From an uncultured delta proteobacterium (lineage in GTDB: Bacteria; Desulfobacterota; Binatia; UBA9968): a DNA stretch of 64,000 nt. Each line of letters opens with the position of its first letter. Positions within the stretch are counted from its first letter, which is position 1. The stretch lies in NCBI GenBank assembly GCA_963745835.1, contig CAVUZH010000019.1, positions 448,001-512,000 of the forward strand, in the 5' to 3' direction. A program made the translations under genes and the position numbers. This document shows, piece after piece, positions 30,855 through 41,906 of the stretch. The notes beneath the pieces were generated by a model, which was not told where the DNA came from, ran no database searches, and worked only from the letters and a program-made list of their open reading frames with translations.

Positions 30855-32351
30855 ATGAACCAGATTGCTAACGATTCTGGCGACCAGCTATTCGCCTTCG
30901 ACAACACGTATGCCCGCGAACTCGAGGGTTTTTATGTCCCATGGCAAGCGGCGCAAGTGGCGCGGCCTCGGATGATAAAGTTCAACCATCAGCTGGCTGA
31001 TGAATTGGGACTGGATGCCGATGCTCTCGATTCGGACGCTGGCGCCAGGATCTTTGCTGGCAACGAAACACCCGAGGGAGCCGTGCCCTTGGCGCAAGCC
31101 TATGCCGGGCACCAGTTCGGCGGGTTTGTGCCTCAACTCGGCGATGGGCGAGCGCTGCTGATCGGCGAGGTGATCGATCGTTATGGGCGCCGCCGTGACA
31201 TTCAGCTCAAAGGCTCGGGTCCCACTCCGTTTTCGCGCGCAGGCGACGGTCGGGCAGCACTCGGACCCGTATTGCGCGAATATCTGATCGGCGAAGCCAT
31301 GCACGCGCTTGGCATCCCGACGACGCGAGCGCTTGCCGCAGTGGTCACAGGCGAGCCTGTTTATCGCGAGCGAGCCCTGCCCGGCGCAGTCTTGACGCGC
31401 GTTGCTGCCAGCCACGTCCGTGTCGGCACCTTCCAATTTTTCGCCGTGCGCGGTGAACAGGCCAAGGTGCGGCAACTGGCGGATTATGTGATCGATCGCC
31501 ATTATCCGGAGCTGAAGGGGCAGGCCAACCCCTTCCTGGGCTTGCTCGAGCGGGTGTGCGACAAACAAGCGGCGCTCGTTGCCGGCTGGATGCACGTGGG
31601 CTTCATCCACGGTGTGATGAACACCGACAATATGACGATCTCCGGTGAGACGATCGACTACGGCCCCTGCGCTTTTATGGATCATTACGATCCAGCCACG
31701 GTCTTCAGCTCCATCGACACTCAGGGCCGCTACGCATACGCCAATCAGCCAAGGATCGCGCAGTGGAACCTGGCGCGGCTGGCCGAAACGCTTCTGCCCG
31801 TGATCGATGAGGATACAAACCGCGCCATCGCGCGCGCCACTGAGGTGGTTAACGCTTTTTCAGGACGATACGAAACCTACTGGGTAAAAGGCATGCGCGC
31901 CAAGCTCGGACTATTCACTGAGGAAGAGGCCGATCTTAACCTTGCGACTGAGTTTCTCACGGCGATGGAGGGCAACGGCGTTGACTACACGTTAGCTTTT
32001 CGTTACCTCGCCGATGCGGCTCTAGGTGAACATGAACGACTCCGAAGCCTCTTTGCCGATCCGACCGCCTACGAGCGATGGAGTGGACACTGGCGGGCGC
32101 GGCTCTCGCGCGAAGCAGTGGCAGAGTCCGACCGTGCTCAGGCGATGCGGCGCGCCAATCCCGCGTTCATTCCCCGCAATTATCGAGTTGAGGAAGCCTT
32201 GAGTGCTGCGGTGGAGGAAGGCGATTACGCGCCGTTCGAAACGCTGCTGAAGATCCTAGCGCGGCCTTTCGACGATCAGCCGGAGTTTGCCGCCTATGCC
32301 GAACCTCCACCGGAAGGGCAAAGTCATTACCGAACCTTCTGAGGTACCTGA
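30855..32351 (+). CDS. selO: Protein adenylyltransferase SelO (YdiU); probable Sec at UGA 32340-32342, C-terminus YRTF-U-GT
   Basis: YAGHQFG..LGDGRA, QLKGSG.TPFSR.GDGRA, HGVMNTDN, IDYGPC; TGA-GGT-ACC-TGA at the end. Family call is firm; Sec recoding is inferred. Confidence 0.9.
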
Positions 32352-32353
32352 GT

Positions 32354-32377
32354 AACGCGTCCGGGGGACGCAAAGTT
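32354..32377 (+). promoter_or_regulatory. Putative bacterial SECIS hairpin
   Basis: gcgtcc-ggg-ggacgc stem-loop, G-containing apical loop starting 20 nt after the UGA; possible aac/gtt lower stem. Confidence 0.55.
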
Positions 32378-32642
32378 TTCACCCAGTTTCGCCAGTTTAG
32401 AATCAGGGAACCGGAGATTGCGCCTGCACAGGCGCTGGCTCGAGAAGTTCGGAGATTGAGAGTGCGAATCATTCGTAAAGGTTTTCATCTTTCCTATTCA
32501 AACTTAGCGACTTTGCGCCTTGGCGGGAGGAATTCCGACTCTGACTGCTTTCAGCTCTGCCGCGCTCTGGATTTATGATAACAGTTTCTTCGCATCAGAC
32601 AGGTAAGAAGATTTTTTGACGCAGGAGCCAAATCGACTCAGC

Positions 32643-33401
32643 ATGGCGCAAAAGTATTACGTCGTATGGTCAGGACGAGAGACCGGTGTATTCATGGATT
32701 GGGCGACCACCCAGCGCGCCGTGGAGCGGTATGCCGGCGCGCGCTACAAATCTTTCGCAACCCTGGCGGAAGCGGAGCAAGCGTTCCGTCGTGGCGGTTC
32801 CGCAATCACTCCGTCCAAGCCATCTAGCAAGCAAAGATGGAACACTTCAGCCAGGGAACGACGTGCCGCGCACATCGCTCACCGGTTCGATGCCACTATC
32901 TATTGTGACGGTGCATGTGATCCCAATCCCGGCAACTCCGGCTCCGGCATTGTAGTATATCGAGCGGGCAAACTCGCCGAATTGTGGTACGGCCTGTATG
33001 ACCCCATGGGAACCAACAACACGGCCGAACTGAACGCGCTCTATCATGCGTTGCGTATGGCCGAAGCAGAGCTCGAGGCTGGCAACAGCGTCGAGGTGTG
33101 CAGCGACTCAGCGTACTCCATCAACTGCATTCGCCTTTGGGCCCCCGGCTGGGAAAAGAGAGGCTGGAAGAAACCTGGCGGTGAGATCAAGAACCTGAAA
33201 ATCATCCAGGACTGTTACGCAATCTACCGCCGGATAAAAGACAAACTCACGCTCACTCATGTCGCCGGGCATGTCGGCACCGAAGGTAACGAACTCGCCG
33301 ACCGCATGGCCATGCTCGCCACGCAGCGCAAGGAAAAAGAATTGCGGCTGTATCAGGAAACGATGGATATTCCGACTCTGCTCAAGATGCGGGCGGGGTG
33401 A
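32643..33401 (+). CDS. rnhA: RNase HI with N-terminal Cauli_VI/hybrid-binding domain
   Basis: KYYVVW.GRETG; YCDGAC..NPG, TNNTAEL, SDSAY, H.G..GNE.AD. Confidence 0.88.
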   Translation: MAQKYYVVWSGRETGVFMDWATTQRAVERYAGARYKSFATLAEAEQAFRRGGSAITPSKPSSKQRWNTSARERRAAHIAHRFDATIYCDGACDPNPGNSGSGIVVYRAGKLAELWYGLYDPMGTNNTAELNALYHALRMAEAELEAGNSVEVCSDSAYSINCIRLWAPGWEKRGWKKPGGEIKNLKIIQDCYAIYRRIKDKLTLTHVAGHVGTEGNELADRMAMLATQRKEKELRLYQETMDIPTLLKMRAG

Positions 33402-33739
33402 TCAACTAAAAGGCAGTATTGGATAGTTTGCGATTGTACTTCGTTTCCTAAAACAGCTAGAGCTCGACGTTTTTAACAGTGAATGTCTCTGGCAAGTCTT
33501 CGATTCTGAAAGAGCTTTCTCTCCGAGCACCAGCGATTGTCTCATCGATTGCGCTATGGATGATGATTGCAGTGTTAAATACGCGACGCCAAAGCTCCCT
33601 CCGATATCATGTGATTCAGTGCCCTTCGCTTGCACCATGACCCTCGACTGGGTTATGTCCATTTAGGTGAGTCCGTCATTAATTTTTAAATCCGTCTGAG
33701 AGCTACGTCGCAACTTAAACCTACAAGGAGCCAAATATC

Positions 33740-34822
33740 ATGGCGATTATTGAACGAACTTATGGAAAAGAGACTAACGCCGTTATCAATGAATTGTTGA
33801 TTTCATCGGATTCGCACGTGATCGAGCCCGCCGGGCTTTGGCAAAAACAATTGCCAAAAGCTTTTCAGGATCGGGCCCCGGATTGGGGCGGGCAAAGGCC
33901 CAACGACGTCCCCGGCGGCGCCCAGGACGGTAATAAGCGCGTCTCCGAGATGGCCGCCGACGGTGTCAGCGCCGAAGTGCTCTATCCGACCCATGGCTTG
34001 AAATGCTTGAGCCTCGACGATCACGAGTTAGAGGCCGCCTGCTGCCGGGTCTATAATGACTGGCTGATCGACTATTGCAGCGCCGCGCCCGAACGGCTTA
34101 TTGGTATCGCTATGCTGTCGATGTACGACATCGATGGCGCCGTGAATGAACTGGAGCGCTGCCGCAAAGCGGGCATGCGCGGCTCGGTAATCTGGCAGGT
34201 GCCGCCGCCAGAGCTGCCGTTCTCGTCATCGCATTACGACAAGTTCTGGGCTGCCTCTCAGGATCTCGAGATGCCGGTCAACTTGCACATCTTGAGCGGC
34301 CACGGTTACAGCCGCAGCCGTTCCTTCGGCCTCGGCGATACCGCAACCGGCATGACCGCCGAGCACAATAGCGTCAACTCAAAACTGGCCCAGTCGGTCG
34401 ATAGCCTCTATGATCTGATCTATTCCGGTGTGCTCGAACGGTTCCCGAAGCTGAAGGTTGTGCTCGTCGAAAACGAGCTGGGCTGGATTCCGTTTGTCCT
34501 GGAGCAATGGGACTACTACTTCAAACGCTTTGGCGCCAAGCGAGAGGGGTTGCTCATCAAAAAACTTCCCAGCGAATACTTTCACAACCAGATCTACACG
34601 ACTTTCTTCAATGACGCCGTCGGCGGTCATATTCTCTCGTGGTGGGGTCAAGACAACTGCATGTGGTCCAACGATTTTCCGCACGGCAACACTACCTGGC
34701 CCCATTCACGCAAGGTCGTAGCCAGGGATTTAGGCGATCTGCCCTCTGGAGTGCGCGCCAAACTGGTGCGCGAAAACGTCGCGCGGCTCTACAACATTCC
34801 TGTTCCAACTGCGATCCAATAA
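33740..34822 (+). CDS. Amidohydrolase_2 family protein
   Basis: SSDSHVIEP, EVLYPT, VNLH, GWIP, WSNDFPH. Confidence 0.85.
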   Translation: MAIIERTYGKETNAVINELLISSDSHVIEPAGLWQKQLPKAFQDRAPDWGGQRPNDVPGGAQDGNKRVSEMAADGVSAEVLYPTHGLKCLSLDDHELEAACCRVYNDWLIDYCSAAPERLIGIAMLSMYDIDGAVNELERCRKAGMRGSVIWQVPPPELPFSSSHYDKFWAASQDLEMPVNLHILSGHGYSRSRSFGLGDTATGMTAEHNSVNSKLAQSVDSLYDLIYSGVLERFPKLKVVLVENELGWIPFVLEQWDYYFKRFGAKREGLLIKKLPSEYFHNQIYTTFFNDAVGGHILSWWGQDNCMWSNDFPHGNTTWPHSRKVVARDLGDLPSGVRAKLVRENVARLYNIPVPTAIQ

Positions 34823-35222
34823 CCGGCTATAGCGACAGGAACATTGCACATCAGTTGATCCCGGAGTGCGGTCGCCGTCGTACCGCACTCCGCATCGGAT
34901 GCTCGGCCATTGTTGTTCCGACGCGCTGCTGAAAATGCCGGCGGATAATTTGGCAAACATTTGCTGCCTCAAGGTTTCCATCTCTTTTGTTAACTGACCA
35001 GGTCATCAACACGCCTGCCGCATCTGCTGTGCAGACTCACTGCTTGAAAGGAAAATCGCGCGGATTGTATGTTCCTGTGAAAAAACTTAGACGATTCGCA
35101 AGAATCCGGCTCGCGCTCAAGCCTCGGGAAACCCGGCAGTGTGATGAGCCGTGTGCATGTGAATCGTTAGCAGCGATTTTCTTCCACCGAACAACCTGGA
35201 TCTTTAAGCGAACGACCATGGC

Positions 35223-36206
35223 ATGGAACTGCGCCGGCGATTTGCGTTAATAACATTTTTATTCGCCACCTCTTTGCTACTTCCGTCTTTGCCGGTTCAA
35301 GCGCCGGCGGCCGAGAAAATCTGGCGGATAGGGTTTCTATCGCCGGCAATAAGAGATTCCTTTCACGATCCCTTTTTCAAGGGACTCAGAGAACTGGGTT
35401 ATATCGAAGGCCGGAATTTCATCCTCCAGCCCCGGCTCGCTGCGGCGACTCAGAGGCGGCTTACTGAAGCAGCCATTGATTTGGCAAAACTCCGGGTCGA
35501 TGTCATCGTCGCGCGCGGAACGCAAGCCACGCTCGCGGCAAAGAAGGCGACGGCGACGATTCCAATCATCATGACCGGGAGCTCGGATCCGGTCGGCACC
35601 GGACTGGTGGCGAGTCTTGCTCAACCCGGCGCGAATGTCACTGGCATGAGCATTGTAGCGCCTGATCTGGCAGAGAAACGGCTGGAGTTGCTCAAGCGCG
35701 TCGTACCGGGATCCCGTTTCGTCGTTTTGTGGAATCCGACCAACGCGGGAAACATCAATGAGTGGGAGCAGAGCAACGCTGCAGCGAATCGATTGCGGAT
35801 AACCTTGATTTCGCGCGAGGTGCGCCAGCCCAAAGACATCTATCGAGCATTCAAATCACTGAGACCCCGGACGATCGATGCCGTCGTAACCGTCACCGAC
35901 GCGCTCTTGAGCACCGGCCGAACCGACATCGTTCACTTTGCGGCAAACAGCCGCCTTCCGGGTATCTTCCATCTCATTGATTTTGTCGAGCAAGGCGGTC
36001 TGATGAGCTATGGCCCGGACCTGCACCATTCTTTCTTTCGCGCCGCGTACTACGTCAATCGTGTTCTTAAGGGCGCCAACCCGGGCAATCTCCCTGTAGA
36101 ACAGCCGACCAAGTTCGAGTTCGCAATAAATCTTCAAACAGCGAAGCAGATCGGTGTCATGATTTCCACTGATGTGCTGGCGCTGGCGGACAGAGTAATC
36201 AAGTGA
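35223..36206 (+). CDS. ABC transporter substrate-binding protein (ABC_sub_bind type)
   Basis: LRELGYIEG, DPVGTGLVASLAQPGANVTG, GGLMSYG, LPVEQPTKFE. Confidence 0.85.
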   Translation: MELRRRFALITFLFATSLLLPSLPVQAPAAEKIWRIGFLSPAIRDSFHDPFFKGLRELGYIEGRNFILQPRLAAATQRRLTEAAIDLAKLRVDVIVARGTQATLAAKKATATIPIIMTGSSDPVGTGLVASLAQPGANVTGMSIVAPDLAEKRLELLKRVVPGSRFVVLWNPTNAGNINEWEQSNAAANRLRITLISREVRQPKDIYRAFKSLRPRTIDAVVTVTDALLSTGRTDIVHFAANSRLPGIFHLIDFVEQGGLMSYGPDLHHSFFRAAYYVNRVLKGANPGNLPVEQPTKFEFAINLQTAKQIGVMISTDVLALADRVIK

Positions 36207-36456
36207 ATCAAGCGAGTCGAAGCGCTGGATCTTAAAAACTCGCTGTAGGTCCAAAAACTAGCCAATTCCATCTGACTATAGTCGTAACAGACTGCTGAGC
36301 TTTCTTGTCCGTTGAAGAATTTCTCGACCGGTCTCAACGACCAAGAAAGGAATTCGCGAAGACATAGACACATCGGGTAGTTGCGGTTACGTCGTATTTA
36401 GCGATAACTCAATACGCAAGCGTGACGGCTACGATCCAAGTTGGAGGTATAGAGAA

Positions 36457-37662
36457 ATGCGACGAAGCACCGATCGAATTCTGACCACGCACGTTGGCAG
36501 TCTACCGCGGCCCGCCGATCTGCGCGAAATGTGGTCGAAGCAAACCAGCGCTTCGGCGGAAGACGCGCTGCAGGCGCGCTTGCGATCCGGCGTCGCGGAG
36601 GTGGTGCTCGCTCAGGAGACGGTGGGGATCGATATTCCCAACGATGGCGAATTCGGCAAGCCCATGCGCGCGGCATCTGATCGCGGCGCTTGGGGCAATT
36701 ACATCTTCAACCGTGTCTCTGGCTTCATTCCAACTCCGCCCGAAGCGGTTGCGCCGGATACGGCGGCGCCGGGAGCGCCCATGCGCATCGTCGGCGTGCG
36801 CTGGGAACAACGGGAATTTGCCGAGTTCTACGCCGACACGGGACTGGGAGCTCCAAGCACCGCTGCCAGCCGTCCAATGTGCGCGGAACCCATCGCCTAT
36901 ACCGGACATGAAGCGCTGCGCCGGGACCTCGCGAACTTACGAGCGGCGATGGACGAAGCCGGCATCGAAGAGGCATTCGTCGCGTCCATCGCTCCCGGCA
37001 GCCTGGAGATGTTCTGTCGTGGTCAGAACAGCTACTACGCCACAGCTGAGGCATTCATTGAAGCGATCGCCGCTGCTATGCGCGAAGAGTATCGCGCGAT
37101 CATAGAGGCCGGTTTCATCTTGCAACTCGATGACCCCGGGTTGCCTGGCGCTTGGGATATGTTGGACCCACGACCGAGCGTGAGCGAATACAGACGCTAT
37201 GCGATGTTGCGGGTGGAAGCCCTCAACCGTGCATTGGAAGGCATTCCGGAGGATCGAATTCGCTATCATATTTGCTGGGGTAGCTGGCATGGGCCGCATA
37301 CGACAGACATCCCCTTGCGCGACATCGCCGATGTGATGCTCAAGGTCAAAGCGCAGGCGTACTTGACCGAAGCCGGCAACGTGCGCCACGAGCACGAGTA
37401 CAAACTATGGCGGGATATCAAATTGCCGCCCGGGAAGATTCTCATTCCCGGCGTGGTGAGCCACGCAACCCCGGTCGTTGAGCATCCCGAGTTGGTGGCG
37501 GATCGTATTCTCGCCTTCGTTAACATCGTCGGCCGCGAGAATGTTATAGCCGGAACCGACTGCGGTCTCGGCGGCCGGGTGCATCCCCAGATCGCCTGGG
37601 CAAAGCTGCGCGCGCTATCCGAAGGCGCTGCGCTGGCGAGCAAAAAGCTGTGGGGCGCTTGA
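36457..37662 (+). CDS. Cobalamin-independent methionine synthase II-like protein (single barrel)
   Basis: TTHVGSLPRP, DGEF, QLDDP, HICWG, DCG. Confidence 0.87.
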   Translation: MRRSTDRILTTHVGSLPRPADLREMWSKQTSASAEDALQARLRSGVAEVVLAQETVGIDIPNDGEFGKPMRAASDRGAWGNYIFNRVSGFIPTPPEAVAPDTAAPGAPMRIVGVRWEQREFAEFYADTGLGAPSTAASRPMCAEPIAYTGHEALRRDLANLRAAMDEAGIEEAFVASIAPGSLEMFCRGQNSYYATAEAFIEAIAAAMREEYRAIIEAGFILQLDDPGLPGAWDMLDPRPSVSEYRRYAMLRVEALNRALEGIPEDRIRYHICWGSWHGPHTTDIPLRDIADVMLKVKAQAYLTEAGNVRHEHEYKLWRDIKLPPGKILIPGVVSHATPVVEHPELVADRILAFVNIVGRENVIAGTDCGLGGRVHPQIAWAKLRALSEGAALASKKLWGA

Positions 37663-38189
37663 GGCAATTTGGAAGGATATATCCTCACTTCATCAATAGG
37701 AGCTCTTGCCAGACTGCGGCGACGGGAGTCGTAGATGTCGGCTGGTAAATTCGCAGGAATGAACTGGCGTGCTAAAGCGATCCAAGACAATTGAAAATTC
37801 CCGGTCTACGCTGACCACCGATGACGAATTTCATCAAAAGCAAAATCCTATCGCAACTCCGTTGCTCAATGCGTTCGGAGTGAACTCGGGCCGACTGTCA
37901 TAGGTCGCGCCACCCGTCCGTCTCTTACTTCCATACCGCGAAATCTGAAACAGCCGACCGTCATAGGACAACCTAATGAGGGTCATAAGAAAAAAATATT
38001 GGACACCCGCCGGCACCCGAGATACTGAATAGCTTCCACATCACGCTAGACACGAGCGGACGTTTCCTTTGTCGGACTTGCTATCGAATTCTCGATAGCC
38101 GGCTCGCACGCGGCTGAGGGAGCGGGTTTCAGTTTCCGCGTCGGGCTCTAAAGCAATTCCTCTCAGCATAACCCGCAAAGGAGGTCGCT

Positions 38190-39416
38190 ATGAGAATTTG
38201 GCGATGGGTCTATGTGGGCACTCTCCTGCTCACTCTCATTGTTGGACTCGGGGTCGCAGATCCGTTGCGCGATATGGACGGAAAGGATTCCCGAGTTCTT
38301 CAATACGTTGTCGATCCGTTCTGGCCGAAACCGCTGCCCAATGATCCGGATAGCGGTAAACCCTGGGTGACGGGTGAGGTCGCCGGGAGTTGCGTCGACT
38401 CACGCGACCACATCTTCACGGTCAATCGTGGTTACAACAACGGTCTGGTCTCGCCAGAGACACTTGTCGCAGTCGCGTCCCCGCCTGTCCTCGAGTATGA
38501 TCCTCACGGCAACGTGGTGAACGCATGGGGTGAGGCGGCGGTTCTGCCGAACGGCGTCCACGGTTGCTTCGTCGATTATCAGGACAATGTCTGGATTGCC
38601 GGCAATGGCGATGGCATCGTTCAGAAGTACTCGCGCAAAGGCGAACTGCTGCTCCAGATCGGCACGAGGGGAGTCTGCGACTCGCCAACTGGTGCATGCG
38701 GCGCGCCGGGTTCTAACTCGAGCCCCACGCTCTTGAACCAGCCGGCCGATATGGCCGTGGATCCGACCAACGGCGACATCTACATCGCTGACGGCTATGG
38801 CAACCACCGTGTCGCGGTCTTTGATCGCTCCGGCGCGTTCCTCCGACAGTGGGGAAGCTCAGGCACCGGTCCGGGTCAGTTCGGGGCTGGCGGCGGTGGC
38901 CATCCGCATTGCATCGTTCTTGGCAACGACGGACTCGTCTACACCTGCGACCGTGGCCAGGATCGCATCCAGGTGTTCGACAAGTCAGGTAACCTAGTAA
39001 AGGTCATTCCCGTGATCCCCGGAACCGGCACCCCTGGTATAGGAACAGCCGGGTCGGCTTGGGATGTCGAATTTTCTCCCGACAGAAGGCAGGAGTTGAT
39101 GTTTAACGCCGATGGCGGCAACGAGGTCGTGTGGACCTTCAACCGCTTGGCTGCTCTGGCAGGCGGCGCTCTCACTGCGACGCCCGGTCAGGGAATCCTC
39201 GCCGGCTTCGGACGTCCCGGTCACAATGCGGGAGAGTTCACATTTCTGCATACCATAGCGGCGGACTCGAAAGGCAACCTGTACATCGCCGAGACGGTCG
39301 GCGGCCGCAGGATCCAGAAGTTCGTGCCACGGCGCGGCAAAGGAAACGACCTCCATGTCTTCACTCCAGCCGGCAATCCGGACCAGCTGTTGCCTCATTA
39401 CGATCCGGTGAGGTAA
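38190..39416 (+). CDS. Secreted NHL-repeat beta-propeller (PAL-like)
   Basis: DPFWPKPLP, YIADGYGNHRV, HPHC, FLH; signal peptide. Confidence 0.8.
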   Translation: MRIWRWVYVGTLLLTLIVGLGVADPLRDMDGKDSRVLQYVVDPFWPKPLPNDPDSGKPWVTGEVAGSCVDSRDHIFTVNRGYNNGLVSPETLVAVASPPVLEYDPHGNVVNAWGEAAVLPNGVHGCFVDYQDNVWIAGNGDGIVQKYSRKGELLLQIGTRGVCDSPTGACGAPGSNSSPTLLNQPADMAVDPTNGDIYIADGYGNHRVAVFDRSGAFLRQWGSSGTGPGQFGAGGGGHPHCIVLGNDGLVYTCDRGQDRIQVFDKSGNLVKVIPVIPGTGTPGIGTAGSAWDVEFSPDRRQELMFNADGGNEVVWTFNRLAALAGGALTATPGQGILAGFGRPGHNAGEFTFLHTIAADSKGNLYIAETVGGRRIQKFVPRRGKGNDLHVFTPAGNPDQLLPHYDPVR

Positions 39417-39479
39417 TCGGATCGCTTCGCCTGCCGGAAGCGAAGGCCGTTCCGGCAGGCCTCCACCTGGAGGTACGTC

Positions 39480-40871
39480 GTGATGGCATTTCGCCGCGGG
39501 ATTCTGTTTAACGCACTTGCGCTAAGCCTTTATGTTGCTGCGGGGCTATGTCCGGTTGGGATTTCGCGGCTGGCGAACGCGCACGAGTTCACGATGGAGA
39601 GCCTAATCAATGCGTTCGTCAAGATCGACTCGCGCGAGGCTCATCTAGTCTTACGGTTACCGCTCGAGATCCTCAAGTCGGTCAAGTTCCCGGTGAGTGG
39701 TCGCGAAATCGACCTCGCCGCTGCCGACTCCGCAATCCAGCAGGCGCTGACGCAGATCGGCCGCGAGATCACGATCTGGGAAGCGGGCCGGCCGCTGGTG
39801 ATATCCCGTGCCTTGGGTCGCCTGACCTTGCCATCGGACCGCTCATTCGAGAGCTACCCGGATGCCGTCGCTCACGTTGCTCGGCCGATAACATCCGGCA
39901 CGAGCATCTTTGTCGACCAGGGATACCTTGACGCCCACTTCGCGTATTCCATCAGCTCGCCGAATTCCCACTTCATGATTCAAACGGCGGTCGCGCCCGA
40001 GCTCAAAAACTATCTCAAGTTTGCGATTCGGTATCTGCCGCTCACTGATGAGGGGCGCGCGATGATGATTACGAGCCGTTCGGGTCGAGTCGCGCTCAAC
40101 CCGACGTGGTATCAGGCTGCCGCCGGATTTGCGACGCTCGGGATTGTGCACATTCTAAGCGGCATTGATCACCTGCTTTTCCTGCTATGTCTTCTCATCC
40201 CGGTGCGACGCGTTGGCGAGATCCTGCGCATCGTCACGGCGTTCACAATCGGTCACTCGATCACTTTGCTCGGCTCAGCCTACGACTTGGCTCCGGCGGG
40301 CGCGTGGTTCCCACCGTTGGTCGAGACGCTCATCGCGGCATCGATTCTGTACATGGCGATTGAGAATATTCTGAGTGTCAACCTTCGCGGGCGTTGGATG
40401 ATTGCCGCAATCTTCGGCCTGGTTCATGGCTTCGGCTTCTCCTATGGTTTGAAAGAGAACTTACAATTTGCCGGTAAACATCTTGTGGTCTCGCTTTTCT
40501 CGTTCAATGTCGGGATCGAGATTGGACAAATACTCGTCCTCATCCTCACGCTACCTCTTCTTGCGCTTCTTCTGCGGCGCGTGCTCGTCGGACCCACTGG
40601 CATGATTATCCTTTCGGCGATCGTGGCTCACACTGCCTGGCACTGGATGATCGAGAGAGGTGATGTGCTGTGGCAAGTCGAGTGGCCAGAGCTGGATCGA
40701 GCCGGCATCACCATCCTCGCTCGTTGGTTGGCGGGACTTCTGATTGCGGGGGCCGCAGTCAGGTTTTTGGCAAGACGAATGCGGATCGCACGCCGGCCCA
40801 CGCTTCCATCCCTCGAAGGGGGCGACTTGCCGGGCTCGCGGGAACGGCGTGGAGTCTCGGCGGGAATGTGA
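39480..40871 (+). CDS. HupE/UreJ family membrane protein with N-terminal soluble domain
   Basis: HILSGIDHLLF, FTIGHSITL, FGLVHGFGF, FNVGIEIGQ. Confidence 0.85.
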   Translation: MMAFRRGILFNALALSLYVAAGLCPVGISRLANAHEFTMESLINAFVKIDSREAHLVLRLPLEILKSVKFPVSGREIDLAAADSAIQQALTQIGREITIWEAGRPLVISRALGRLTLPSDRSFESYPDAVAHVARPITSGTSIFVDQGYLDAHFAYSISSPNSHFMIQTAVAPELKNYLKFAIRYLPLTDEGRAMMITSRSGRVALNPTWYQAAAGFATLGIVHILSGIDHLLFLLCLLIPVRRVGEILRIVTAFTIGHSITLLGSAYDLAPAGAWFPPLVETLIAASILYMAIENILSVNLRGRWMIAAIFGLVHGFGFSYGLKENLQFAGKHLVVSLFSFNVGIEIGQILVLILTLPLLALLLRRVLVGPTGMIILSAIVAHTAWHWMIERGDVLWQVEWPELDRAGITILARWLAGLLIAGAAVRFLARRMRIARRPTLPSLEGGDLPGSRERRGVSAGM

Positions 40872-40877
40872 TCAGAG

Positions 40878-41906
40878 CTAATTCCCCAGCAACTTCATCA
40901 TCTGTTCGACCACGTCCGGCGGCTGGGATACCACTTCTTTGGCGAGCTTGGCCAACTCTTCACCGCTGACCGCATCCACCGACCATCGCCGTTTCTTCAA
41001 CTCTTCGAGAAGAGCGGGATCCTTTAGCGACTGTTCATACGCGTCGCGCAACATTTTTATACGATCCGGCGGCACGCCCGGTGTCGCCACCATCGGTCGT
41101 CCGAAAACCGCGGGTGCGAGCAGCACCGTAGCCACTTTCCGGGTTTCCTCCGGTGTTTTCAGTTGGTCCATCAATTCATAAATGGACGGAACATCAGGAA
41201 CCAGACGATCTCTTTTTTTTCCCGTCTGTAGTATTGGCCGGACAAAGCCTTTCTTGTGCCAGGTCAGAAACGGCTCGCGCGCGAAGTAGGTGCTGATCGT
41301 CAAATTGCGGCATTGGAGCTCGCCGCGCTCGATGCCGAGATCGATCTCGCCGCCGCCGGGATAGCCGCTGACGATGTTGAACTTGATCCCCAGCCCTTCG
41401 TCCAGAAATTTCGGCATGTAATAACCCGAGGTGCTGGTACCCGTCGCGCCGCATTTGGGCGGCTGCGCGGCCTTGCGCACATCCTCAATCGATTGATACG
41501 GCGTGTCGGTCCTCATGATCAGGATGAATTCCGTTTGCTCCGGCGTGCCGATCCACGAGAATCTCGCCCAATCGAACTGCACTTCGGGACGCTTGGCCAG
41601 TTGGTCGAAGTACATCGACGGCCCGAATGTGCCCAGAGTGAGCCCGTCCGGCTTCGCCACGGAGTAAACGTAATTGGCGGCGATGATTCCGCCGGCTCCG
41701 GTCATGTTCTGCACGATGAACGTGGGATTTCCCGGAACGTACTTGCCCATGTGCTGAGCGAAGATTCTAGCCCACAGATCGTAGGCATCGCCGGCGAGAT
41801 TACCGACGATGATGCGGATGGTTTTTCCTTGATAGAAAGGCGCCTGAGCGTGAACGTTAGCTATCGACGCCAGCAGAAATAACAGCGCGCAGACGAAGCG
41901 TTTCAT
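40878..41906 (-). CDS. Bug/TctC-type substrate-binding protein
   Basis: QNMTGAGG, KPDGLT, YPGG, PDVP; clear paralogue of 21472-22503. Confidence 0.85.
   Translation of the reverse strand: MKRFVCALLFLLASIANVHAQAPFYQGKTIRIIVGNLAGDAYDLWARIFAQHMGKYVPGNPTFIVQNMTGAGGIIAANYVYSVAKPDGLTLGTFGPSMYFDQLAKRPEVQFDWARFSWIGTPEQTEFILIMRTDTPYQSIEDVRKAAQPPKCGATGTSTSGYYMPKFLDEGLGIKFNIVSGYPGGGEIDLGIERGELQCRNLTISTYFAREPFLTWHKKGFVRPILQTGKKRDRLVPDVPSIYELMDQLKTPEETRKVATVLLAPAVFGRPMVATPGVPPDRIKMLRDAYEQSLKDPALLEELKKRRWSVDAVSGEELAKLAKEVVSQPPDVVEQMMKLLGN

Noticed and set aside
34863-34890. ggagtgcggt/accgcactcc hairpin and 83 aa antisense ORF
   Set aside because: Single hairpin after a stop codon, probably a terminator or stabiliser; the ORF has no recognisable features.
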